This document shows positions 7,339 to 16,122 of a DNA stretch of 25,498 bases, piece by piece. The position numbers were made by a program, and so were the translations under genes. Origin of the DNA: an uncultured Nitrososphaerota archaeon (GTDB taxonomy: Archaea > Asgardarchaeota > Njordarchaeia > Njordarchaeales > Njordarchaeaceae); NCBI GenBank assembly GCA_964518475.1, contig CAZFGR010000023.1:1-25498 (forward strand), read 5' to 3'. The notes below the pieces were generated by a model. That model did not search any database and had not been told where the DNA came from. It saw only the letters and a list, made by a program, of their open reading frames with translations. Position 1 is the first letter of the stretch. Each line of letters starts with the position of its first letter.

Positions 7339-8496
7339 TTGCAAATAACATTGCCCGAGATTCTCAAAAGGGCTTACCAGGAAGGTTCTCAGGAAGAATC
7401 AAGTATTCTCGGCGAATTACCACCAGAATTGACTAGGAGCATTCTAAGAGAGGTTCAGAGATCTGCTGAGGAAGCTACTGCGATATCTTCTCAAATAATT
7501 GCTTATAGGGAAAGGATAAGGAAGTTTTTGATAAAGAATAGATTGTTAAGGAAGTATGTTAATGGGCGACCTATTAATCTCTCTAATATAGCGGCTGTTG
7601 ATGGGACTTACTCCGTGATCTCTACTACTCTTTATGATATAATCTTCGTTGGTACGGTTACTTATTCTTACCGTATTGATGGTCTTGATAGTAAAATGTA
7701 TGCTATTGTAGCACCTCCATCCATACTTAGTGAGAAGATAGCTCGGGGTCTTATGATATGGTTAGAGTTTAAGACTGCTGCCGAGTTCTTAAACAGTTAT
7801 GAATTCATAATACTGGATGGTTCTATCATAGCTAATATCGCTAACATTAGGGAATTAATAGCTGCTAGAGAGCAAAACCCAGAAGATCCCATATGGGAGT
7901 CTAATGAATTAATGGCTTTATTGAATGAGCTTAAGCGATCAAGAGCTCTTTCAAAGATTTTAAAAGTTCCTGGTGTAATAGCTTCTCCAAAAAAGCTAAC
8001 TGGTAAACTCTTCACGAAGAAGTATCTGAAAGACTTTAAGTTAAGTACAACCGATGCCTCGGTTCTCTCCTTGACCCTGGATCCTGGAGAATGGATAAAG
8101 ATTTCATGGATGGGGAACGATCTCCCTCAAATCAGCTTGGAGATGCCTAGAACAGATATTACGCCCGTAGACGCTAATTTTGTAGAAACGTTTTTCAGTA
8201 GTACTGGTTTTGACATAATATATTTCAAGCCGCGAGAATGGTCTAGGGTATTCAAAATAGAGGTGCCGGGCAGGTTAAGGAATGATTACTATCAGAAGGT
8301 TCTAGATCTGGTTTATCATCAAGTAAACTCCCCATACATAGAAGAGCTGGAGATTCAGTATCTCTCTCATCTATTTGCTAGTAAGTTATCAAAGGTCGCG
8401 CAAATCATCTTTACTGCTGCGAAGAATGGTTCTCTTCAAATGATGGCTAAGAAGTGGTGCTCTGCAATCTTTCTCGCGACGCGTTATAGGACTTGA
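7339..8496 (+). CDS. nurA: NurA-family nuclease
   Basis: Catalytic-type motifs AAVDGT and IILDGS, L-EFK helix, C-terminal YLSH..ASK; GGAGG SD before TTG; directly upstream of a HerA ATPase. Confidence 0.8.
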   Translation: MQITLPEILKRAYQEGSQEESSILGELPPELTRSILREVQRSAEEATAISSQIIAYRERIRKFLIKNRLLRKYVNGRPINLSNIAAVDGTYSVISTTLYDIIFVGTVTYSYRIDGLDSKMYAIVAPPSILSEKIARGLMIWLEFKTAAEFLNSYEFIILDGSIIANIANIRELIAAREQNPEDPIWESNELMALLNELKRSRALSKILKVPGVIASPKKLTGKLFTKKYLKDFKLSTTDASVLSLTLDPGEWIKISWMGNDLPQISLEMPRTDITPVDANFVETFFSSTGFDIIYFKPREWSRVFKIEVPGRLRNDYYQKVLDLVYHQVNSPYIEELEIQYLSHLFASKLSKVAQIIFTAAKNGSLQMMAKKWCSAIFLATRYRT

Positions 8497-8506
8497 TTGG
8501 GGATAA

Positions 8507-10201
8507 TTGAAAATGTGCGCACAAGTAAGTGCCAGGTTAATTGATTCATTATTGAGTGGAAATAATCCTATAGGAATAATAAGCTCACCGTCCACAATAA
8601 CGGAGTTTACAATGGATGTTTTATCTCATAGCATCTATGAACCATTGATGGGAAAGCTCGTTATGTTTAAACATGTGGAAGGGGGTGTATCGAAGCTAGT
8701 CATTGCGCAAGTGAAAAGCATAACATCAATAAATCGGTTGGTAGAAGACAATGCTGTTAAAGTAATTTTGCAGTCTCATGGCCCATTACCAAATATTAGT
8801 GGTCGAGACACAAAGATAGCAATTCTGTCTCTTATCTCTGTTTATGAAGAAGTGGGGAATGATAATGGCCAACCAATGCTCGTGGAATCAACTCTGAATA
8901 CTCCCCCATCTACGGATTCTTTGGTTTATGAGGTGACGCAGGAAGTTCTAGAACTAATTCCGATAGAACATAGGTTCTATCTAGGAACGATATATGGTGG
9001 AGATCTTCCTATTCCGTTCATTCTGAAGCATTATGGAGATCCTGCAGAAGGAGGTTGGGGAGAAGGGTTCTCGTTCGGAATATTTGGGAAATCTGGTTCG
9101 GGAAAATCTGTTCTCGCGGCTATGCTCTTAATTGGCTTTGCTCGGCACAAAGACATGGGAATTCTCATATTTGATACCCAGGGGGAATTCTCCCGTAATG
9201 CTTTTCTAGACAAGATAGGTCTGGATTTCCACTCTATCGTGAAAAGGTTGAAGGAAAATCGATTCGAAGTAATATCTCTCGATAATATAGCTTTAGAGAG
9301 TTCTAGAACGCTCTTTAAGCTACTGGATAAGGTTGGTTTCTTCGAGGATATGGGTGTTCTCCAATTCTATAAAAAGACGATGCTGATAAATGATCTCATA
9401 GTCCAATACAGTAACATGGATCCGACAGACATTGATTTTAACAACGTTTACAGTTTTGTAAGGAGTTGGGTTAGGAGAAAGTATAGTCAACCAGAACCAG
9501 TTCTAAACAGAATGGATGTTCGTGGTGCTAGGGATAAGTGGGAACTAGTGCACTCGTTATTTGATAAGAACACTCGAGAATCAATCAGTGAAATTGTGGA
9601 GAAATTTATTGAAGGCTACGTAGTAATAATTGATCTTTCTCACTTCCCAGAAACCCTGGACGCCCTTATTCAGATGTCTAGAGAGGAGGTCAGAGCAATA
9701 ATAATGAGAGAAGTGATTGATGCTGTAATAACAAAGGCTAACGAGCTGTACCAATTAGGACAGTTAACGAATGGTTTAATGGTCATAGAAGAAGCCCATA
9801 ACTACGTTCCCTCGTACTTCAGAACGTCTAGGGAAGAGAGTATTGAGCGTCGAGAACTTTTGGGAGTGATAAAAGATAGGGTAAAGGAGACGAGAAAATA
9901 CGGAATAGGATGGATATTCATAACTCAATCCACGGTGGACTTTAACAAGGAGATCTATAGACAGTTGCATAACTATATCTTCATGTACGGATTAAGCATT
10001 GGTTCGGATGTGGATAATGTGAAGAGTGTTTTAGGGAACGATCTTTTCGAGCTCTACAAAACCTTTAAAGATCCCAAGAGAACGAATAAGTACCAATTCA
10101 TAGCCATGGGACCCATAGTTGGCTTATCATCAATGGGTATGGCTATCGCGATAGAGTGCTTCTCAGATATAAATAAGTTCCTAGAAATAAACAATCTCTA
10201 A
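8507..10201 (+). CDS. herA: HerA/FtsK-family ATPase (DUF87) with N-terminal HAS-barrel-like region
   Basis: GIFGKSGSGKS Walker A; IFDTQGEF; VIIDLS; MVIEEAHNY Walker B; ETRKYGIGWIFITQ arginine-finger/sensor motif. Start TTG 8507 or ATG 8513. Confidence 0.9.
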   Translation: MKMCAQVSARLIDSLLSGNNPIGIISSPSTITEFTMDVLSHSIYEPLMGKLVMFKHVEGGVSKLVIAQVKSITSINRLVEDNAVKVILQSHGPLPNISGRDTKIAILSLISVYEEVGNDNGQPMLVESTLNTPPSTDSLVYEVTQEVLELIPIEHRFYLGTIYGGDLPIPFILKHYGDPAEGGWGEGFSFGIFGKSGSGKSVLAAMLLIGFARHKDMGILIFDTQGEFSRNAFLDKIGLDFHSIVKRLKENRFEVISLDNIALESSRTLFKLLDKVGFFEDMGVLQFYKKTMLINDLIVQYSNMDPTDIDFNNVYSFVRSWVRRKYSQPEPVLNRMDVRGARDKWELVHSLFDKNTRESISEIVEKFIEGYVVIIDLSHFPETLDALIQMSREEVRAIIMREVIDAVITKANELYQLGQLTNGLMVIEEAHNYVPSYFRTSREESIERRELLGVIKDRVKETRKYGIGWIFITQSTVDFNKEIYRQLHNYIFMYGLSIGSDVDNVKSVLGNDLFELYKTFKDPKRTNKYQFIAMGPIVGLSSMGMAIAIECFSDINKFLEINNL

Positions 10202-10234
10202 ATAAAAAGAGAAAAAGGTAAGGAGGGACTTCTC

Positions 10235-10828
10235 CTACTCTAGTTTCTTTATTAGTTCCAGTAAAGCTTCCTTCCCCCTATCCAGTATTGGTTTTCCGTG
10301 ACTAGGCAATATATGCTTAAAGTCAAGCTCAGCCAATTTCTTGATTGCTTCTCGGTTACCCATTGGGTCATCAGAATACTTATGGGGAATCTCCAATAAC
10401 TCGCCCTTTTCCTCGTAAATCAAATCGCCCACGAAGAGAGCCTTGGTTTCCTCATCTAGTAAACAAATATGGCCAGGAGTATGGCCTGGTGTGTGCACTA
10501 CTCTGAGTCCTTCTAGGACGTCATTGTCATTCAATAGGATATCCACATTAGCATCGATTTTCTCAGCCTCTAATTTATGAGCAGCCACTTTTGTTCTCAC
10601 TTTGTTAAGTATCTCACCTAACGCTCCGGTATGATCCCTGTGTCTATGGGTGATAATTATTACTGATATATCCTCGGGAGAACGGCCAATCGACTCAATG
10701 TATGAGAAAATCTTATCCGAGGAACCTTCTAAAGCGCAATCAATGAGCACTAATTTATCTCCCCTCTCGACCAAATACACATTCACAAAATCTATAGATA
10801 TTAGATGAATATTTTTGAGAATGCGCAT
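10235..10828 (-). CDS. MBL-fold metallo-hydrolase (glyoxalase II-like)
   Basis: THRHRDHTG (HxHxDH), HTPGHTPGH, VGD, PSHG. Confidence 0.92.
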   Translation of the reverse strand: MRILKNIHLISIDFVNVYLVERGDKLVLIDCALEGSSDKIFSYIESIGRSPEDISVIIITHRHRDHTGALGEILNKVRTKVAAHKLEAEKIDANVDILLNDNDVLEGLRVVHTPGHTPGHICLLDEETKALFVGDLIYEEKGELLEIPHKYSDDPMGNREAIKKLAELDFKHILPSHGKPILDRGKEALLELIKKLE

Positions 10829-10882
10829 CCCCGAACCCCGTTTAGAAGCAAAATTTTCTAAAAAGTATTGATATGTTACTTT

Positions 10883-12580
10883 TTAGGATTTTTCTAAACT
10901 CTTAATTTTTCGTCTTCTCAAGCCATACACTATTATTACAGCTAAGCCAGCTCCTGGAATAATAACAATCAGCGGCCATGGTATTGGTTGTGGAATGTTC
11001 TCCTCCGAAGGTGTGTAGAGTTTTAAGATATCTAGCAATGCGAGACCAGCTACTTTGATCTGTGTTTCTAATCGAGAGGGATTAACCCAATCATACGCTT
11101 CAGTACTAGTCGCGTTGTCGTAAGGAGTATGGATCCACCCCACTCTTCCTTCGTAATCTCTTTCCCAAGGTAGGTATGGCCAAGAACCGATCATTACAGC
11201 TGGTACATTAATTATTCTAGTAATTGAGATATCTAGGTCTGGCCACCAATTCTTGGCCAAACTAATAACATCTAATGGGTTTTCAAAAGTAGAATCATCA
11301 GAATGTATCCCGTCACTGAAAATATTTATCTCGAGACCCAATTCGTGCGCAGCCGCGACAACAAAATCGTGGAGATAATAACTTTCCTCAAGGAACCTGA
11401 GTTCGTAATTGCTTCTAAAGACCTCCAAAATATAACTTCCCAAAGTATCTAGATTAATCACCCCAATCACAGAATTTTCTAGATAATCCAAATAAGCTTC
11501 GTAGAACTTGAGTGAACCAATTAACCCAGATTCCTCACCAGTAAAGAAGACAAATGTGAGGTTTACGGGTGGTTGATATATTCCTTCCTTAAGCGCTTGC
11601 ATGAATGCCCAGGCTAGTTCTAAACATCCAGCAGTACCTGCAGCGTTATCCGCTAATCCCGCGGTCATAACACTATCGTAATGAGCAGTTATGAGGATTG
11701 CCAAATTTTTGTTTCGACCCTCTATGCTCCCTATAATGTTTTTGATTTCTCCTTCTCCCTCGATTACGGGAATTCTTATAGTTGCATTGACCTCATAACC
11801 GTTAGTTTTTGCCTCTTCTATTTTTTCAGCTAGTTTTTTAGGAATCCAAGCTATAGGTATCTTTAACTCCCTAAATATTTCTAGGCTCCTCCCTCCAGTC
11901 GAAGAGAAGAAAGCGGGGTATTTTTCGAAATCTTTTGTTGCCCATGTATAGAGAATAGCGATTGGTCTCTCATCCAATAATTTTTTGGAAAACTCATTGA
12001 ACCAGTAATTGTTAAACCTTACCTCTCTACCAATCAGAACAATCTTATTCGAGATATTCGTGGCATCCCAGATAGCTTTTATATCAGAGGGTAAGCGTTC
12101 GTAAGTGAAATTCTCTGGAAGAGGTAGTATCTCAATTGTTGAGTTCAAACCATCTTCGGGCGTACCATAGGAGTAATGAACGGGGTATAGAGGTTCTTCA
12201 AAGGTTTCATTACAGATTTTCACCCTAATCGTTGGCTGCTCTCTTATATCCCAGTTAATGAAATCAAAACTCTGTATGGTAACGTTGAGACCCCATTGGG
12301 TGAGGAGATTTACTATATACGACGCGACCTTTTCACTCCCATAAGACCCAGCAGCTCTGTATGAATACCCAATAGTATCATAGTCAAGCGTGATATTAGA
12401 GATGGCCCATGCAAAATTATACGCACTGTTCGGATCCTCATCTATGAGTTGAAAAAACCACTCATAATCCTCCTCATTTTCGGCATTTATTGCGAGAGGA
12501 GTCAAGAAAATAGATATAGAAAGAAGCGCCAAAACAAGTATCGACTTAGGTCTCATTGGTTCATCCCACACTTTTACCAT
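10883..12580 (-). CDS. Secreted, membrane-anchored M28-family aminopeptidase with PA-like insert
   Basis: Signal peptide; YRAAGS; TAHYDS, ADNAAG, TGEESGLIGS, NLDTLG, HSDD, WIHTPYD; C-terminal TM helix followed by RRRK. Confidence 0.9.
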   Translation of the reverse strand: MVKVWDEPMRPKSILVLALLSISIFLTPLAINAENEEDYEWFFQLIDEDPNSAYNFAWAISNITLDYDTIGYSYRAAGSYGSEKVASYIVNLLTQWGLNVTIQSFDFINWDIREQPTIRVKICNETFEEPLYPVHYSYGTPEDGLNSTIEILPLPENFTYERLPSDIKAIWDATNISNKIVLIGREVRFNNYWFNEFSKKLLDERPIAILYTWATKDFEKYPAFFSSTGGRSLEIFRELKIPIAWIPKKLAEKIEEAKTNGYEVNATIRIPVIEGEGEIKNIIGSIEGRNKNLAILITAHYDSVMTAGLADNAAGTAGCLELAWAFMQALKEGIYQPPVNLTFVFFTGEESGLIGSLKFYEAYLDYLENSVIGVINLDTLGSYILEVFRSNYELRFLEESYYLHDFVVAAAHELGLEINIFSDGIHSDDSTFENPLDVISLAKNWWPDLDISITRIINVPAVMIGSWPYLPWERDYEGRVGWIHTPYDNATSTEAYDWVNPSRLETQIKVAGLALLDILKLYTPSEENIPQPIPWPLIVIIPGAGLAVIIVYGLRRRKIKSLEKS

Positions 12581-12926
12581 TTCTCAGTCTCTTATCTCAA
12601 TAGATTCATTTCTAGAAGAGGTACTCTCTAAAAATAGACGGAGTCTTATTAAAGCAAATTATACCCAACCCTTGGAGTTCAAGCAATATAAAATATATAG
12701 GAGTGGTTAGCTTATAACCCTTTTTTAACTATTTACTGATAAATAGGTTTTTGGCATAATAGATATCGAAATAAAGATAATGAAGTAGATGAGTATATAT
12801 GGAGAGATCTTCGATAATGGAAATCAACAACAATATTTTAGAATATCATACGTAAAGGTTTATTCTATAAGAACTATTATTGATGTTTTTCAAAATTTTT
12901 GAAGATCTTCGCCGGGGGAAACTCTC

Positions 12927-14009
12927 TTGAAGGCATTAACTGAACAAGCCGCTGGTAGATATGTTTTTCCCTTCACCGCATTTGTTGATCAGGAAGAGCT
13001 CAAGCTAGCACTCATTTTATTAGCGATAAATCCGCGCATAGGTGGTTTACTCATTATGGGAGAAAAGGGTACTGGGAAGTCTGCTCTTGTAAGAGCTTTA
13101 GCGGACCTCCTCCCACCTATAAAGGTCGTTAAGGGTTGCCCGTTCAATGATGATCCAGATGATCCAGTAAATATGTGTGATATCTGTAGAGAGAAGTTAA
13201 TGAAGGAGGAGAAGCTTGAGTACGAATACAGACCGATGCAAGTAGTTACTCTTCCTTTAAGCGCTAGTATTGACGCAGTAGTGGGGAGCATAGATATTGA
13301 AAAGATTCTCCGAGAAGGATTAAAAGCATTCCAACCAGGTATCCTGGCTAGAGCTAATAGACAGATCCTTTATATAGATGAGGTGAACCTTCTCCCTGAT
13401 CATATTGTTGATGCCATACTCGATGCAGCGGCTCTCGGCTGGAACTATGTCGAGAGGGAAGGGGTAAGTGTTACTCACCCTGCCAGATTTATCCTTGTTG
13501 GGACAATGAATCCTGAGGAGGGAGAACTCAGGCCTCAGCTTCTAGATAGGTTTCCATTATCCGTCAAAGTTTCCAGTGTTACTGATGAGAAGTTGCGAGT
13601 GGAAATAATTAAGAGGAATATGGAATTTATTGAGGATCCAATAGGATTTAGGAAGAAGTGGGAAGCGAAACAAGAGGAGCTTAGAGAGCGAATAAAGAAG
13701 GCAAAGGAAATTTTACCAAAGGTGAAAATTGATGAGAGATTACTATATGCTATTGCCGAGCTTTGTACATCACTGAGAGTTGATGGGCATAGGCCAGATA
13801 TAATAATCGCCCTAACCGCTAAAACGATAGCTGCATATCAAGGTCGGGAATATGTGACTGAAGACGATGTTTTGATGGCGGCAAAGCTGGCTTTGGGTCA
13901 TAGGACACGGGATAAGGGACTTCTAGAACCAGCTTCTTATATCGAGATTGAAGAGACCTTCAAAAAGGCCATAAAAAAGATAGAGAAGTTTTTTCGAGGA
14001 ACTGGATAG
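12927..14009 (+). CDS. ChlI/BchI-like AAA+ ATPase (Mg/Co chelatase small-subunit family)
   Basis: [78 protein letters not shown]. Confidence 0.92.
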   Translation: MKALTEQAAGRYVFPFTAFVDQEELKLALILLAINPRIGGLLIMGEKGTGKSALVRALADLLPPIKVVKGCPFNDDPDDPVNMCDICREKLMKEEKLEYEYRPMQVVTLPLSASIDAVVGSIDIEKILREGLKAFQPGILARANRQILYIDEVNLLPDHIVDAILDAAALGWNYVEREGVSVTHPARFILVGTMNPEEGELRPQLLDRFPLSVKVSSVTDEKLRVEIIKRNMEFIEDPIGFRKKWEAKQEELRERIKKAKEILPKVKIDERLLYAIAELCTSLRVDGHRPDIIIALTAKTIAAYQGREYVTEDDVLMAAKLALGHRTRDKGLLEPASYIEIEETFKKAIKKIEKFFRGTG

Positions 14010-14010
14010 G

Positions 14011-15249
14011 ATGGAGATTGGTAGGGGAGAAATAAGTGTTGGTAAGAGAGCGAGAATTCGTGATGAGCGTTTTGGAATAGTTCCAGAGGATGAAGAGATC
14101 AAGGCGGAGGGAAGATTAAAGCCTCCCGGAGAAAGCCATGCTCCTGCAAATCCAGAGAGAACACGAGGTAAAACAAGGAGCGCCAGATTTACGGATAAAT
14201 TAGAAGCTCTCGGCAGAAAACTATTCAGACCTATTAAAAAATTACCAACACCCGTAGTTGATAAGTTTATTCGTGGTAGAGTTAGGGATCGAGACTTAAT
14301 AATTGAGAAACCAGTTGAGTTGACGGGAGTTCGAATATATTCTCCTCAGCGAGGGGAGGAGAGAAAGATCCGGTGGATATATCATCCTAAGAGAGGGATA
14401 AATAGGAAGAGAATTCAAGTATACGCGACTAAGAATAGTACGAGAGAAGGTATAGTCGTGGATTATCTCATCGGTAATGAATATAGAGATCTCGCACTAA
14501 TTCCCACTATAATATCAGCGGCGCTAAAGAGACGTATTAGTAAAGGAAATTTGCTGATTAGACCAGAAGATATCAAAGTTAAGAAGAAGATGGTTTATTC
14601 CAGACTTATCCTAATGATAGTTCTAGATACTAGCTTAAGCATGAAGCACTTACTCTCGGGACTTTTCAAAGCAATTATAAACCTGAAGTTTGCCGCATGG
14701 AGAAAGAGAGATAAAGTTGGCTTAGTAATTTGCTCTGGTGACGAGGCTAAAGTTCTAGTACCACCAACTAATAATATTAATATCATTAAGAGGAATATAG
14801 TCAGGATAAGGCTAGGAGGGGGCACTCCATTAGCTGATGGAATGTTTAAAGCTCTGGAAATAGTAAGGTTAGAGAAAACAAAAGATCCTGATGTTATACC
14901 ATTGGTAATAATAATCTCTGATGGATTAGCGAATGCGTCTCTCAAGAGAAAGATCCCCGAAGACATCTACGAGATCTGCCCAATAGTTGGGGCTGCTGAC
15001 GCAATTTATGTGGCGTATAAGTATAGGAGACAAAAAATACCCACTATAGTGATTAACCCCTTACATGAACCTGATGCAGAACCATTTCTTGGTTGGAATC
15101 CCACAATGGTATTAGAGAGAATCGCTAGAATTACCAAAGGAATATACATCGGTCTAGATCCTATGAGACAAAAAGATGTTGCCCAAAAAGTCTTTGACAC
15201 AATATTTTCGGCAATAAATAGTATCATCAAGACATACACTATAAAATAA
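14011..15249 (+). CDS. vWA-domain protein equivalent to the C-terminal half of ChlD/BchD
   Basis: MIDAS VLDTSLSM; RDKVGLV; GGGTPLADG; IISDGLAN; ChlD-like DLALIPTI.SAA and IRPEDIKVK upstream; starts 1 nt after the ChlI-like stop. Confidence 0.88.
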   Translation: MEIGRGEISVGKRARIRDERFGIVPEDEEIKAEGRLKPPGESHAPANPERTRGKTRSARFTDKLEALGRKLFRPIKKLPTPVVDKFIRGRVRDRDLIIEKPVELTGVRIYSPQRGEERKIRWIYHPKRGINRKRIQVYATKNSTREGIVVDYLIGNEYRDLALIPTIISAALKRRISKGNLLIRPEDIKVKKKMVYSRLILMIVLDTSLSMKHLLSGLFKAIINLKFAAWRKRDKVGLVICSGDEAKVLVPPTNNINIIKRNIVRIRLGGGTPLADGMFKALEIVRLEKTKDPDVIPLVIIISDGLANASLKRKIPEDIYEICPIVGAADAIYVAYKYRRQKIPTIVINPLHEPDAEPFLGWNPTMVLERIARITKGIYIGLDPMRQKDVAQKVFDTIFSAINSIIKTYTIK

Positions 15250-15315
15250 ATTAAGCGAAATAAGAGCAACGAGTCCTACCATGGAATTCGATGCTTTAAA
15301 GCTCAAATTCTTTAT

Positions 15316-15960
15316 TTACCCTTCTTTTTTATTACGGAACATCCTAGGGATGAACATAGGTACATTGGTTCTATATTCTTCGTACTCCTTACCAAATTCT
15401 CTCAACAACTCTTTCTCCTCAGCCCAACACATTACGTAGATAATGACTATTATTATGGGGGTTGATAACAAGGAATACCAAGCAGATAGTAAGAAGGTTA
15501 ATCCTATATGAGCTAATAAACCTCCGAGATACTGGGGATGCCTTACTATGGAGTACACTCCAGTTGTAACAATTTTTTCTGGTCTATGAGTCTCCGAGAC
15601 TCTTAGACTCAGCTCCTTAACACCCGCTACTCCAAAATAAAAGCCAGCGGGAAAGAATATTGCAAAGATAACTAAGTGTAGTAAGCTCGTTGCGATATTT
15701 AATATTGGTAGTTTAAAGATGATGCGAAACGGTGATAAGAGAAATCTTGGTTGAGGTGAGAGCCATACCAGTGCCCACCCAATAAAGAAGCCCCAACCAG
15801 AAACATACCCTAAGATTTCACCTATTTTTCGTCCTTTTTCCCTACTGAAAGTCTCTTCTAAATACTTATGTTTAATAGAGAGGATATGAAAGGGTAAGAC
15901 AAGGATTACCAAGACAAGACCAACAAAGAATAGAGAATAATTTATCATACCTGTTAGCAT
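15316..15960 (-). CDS. Isoprenylcysteine carboxyl methyltransferase (ICMT/PEMT/STE14)-family membrane protein
   Basis: IVTTGVYSIVRHPQYLG and EEKELLREFGKEYEEYRTNVPMFIP; several TM helices. Confidence 0.9.
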   Translation of the reverse strand: MLTGMINYSLFFVGLVLVILVLPFHILSIKHKYLEETFSREKGRKIGEILGYVSGWGFFIGWALVWLSPQPRFLLSPFRIIFKLPILNIATSLLHLVIFAIFFPAGFYFGVAGVKELSLRVSETHRPEKIVTTGVYSIVRHPQYLGGLLAHIGLTFLLSAWYSLLSTPIIIVIIYVMCWAEEKELLREFGKEYEEYRTNVPMFIPRMFRNKKEG

Positions 15961-16021
15961 GATTGTTTCGCCATATTTAATTAGTATTAAAATTTTCCAT
16001 ATTCGTGAAAGTGCCCTTAAG

Positions 16022-16034
16022 ACATATAGTATGT
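16022..16034. promoter_or_regulatory. Candidate palindromic operator ACATA-TAG-TATGT (copy 1)
   Basis: Inverted repeat in a divergent intergenic region; the 12-mer CATATAGTATGT recurs at 24645-24656. Confidence 0.3.
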
Positions 16035-16122
16035 GTTGTTACAATATATGTAAAATTCATATACTAGTTTCTCTACCTAATGGAGATAAATTTCACGAGC
16101 GATTTTTGGAGATGGACTAGCT

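Noticed and set aside
10883-10990. Archaeosortase (PGF-CTERM) signal on the M28 peptidase
   Set aside because: TM helix and basic tail are present but there is no PGF motif before the helix; an ordinary membrane anchor is sufficient.
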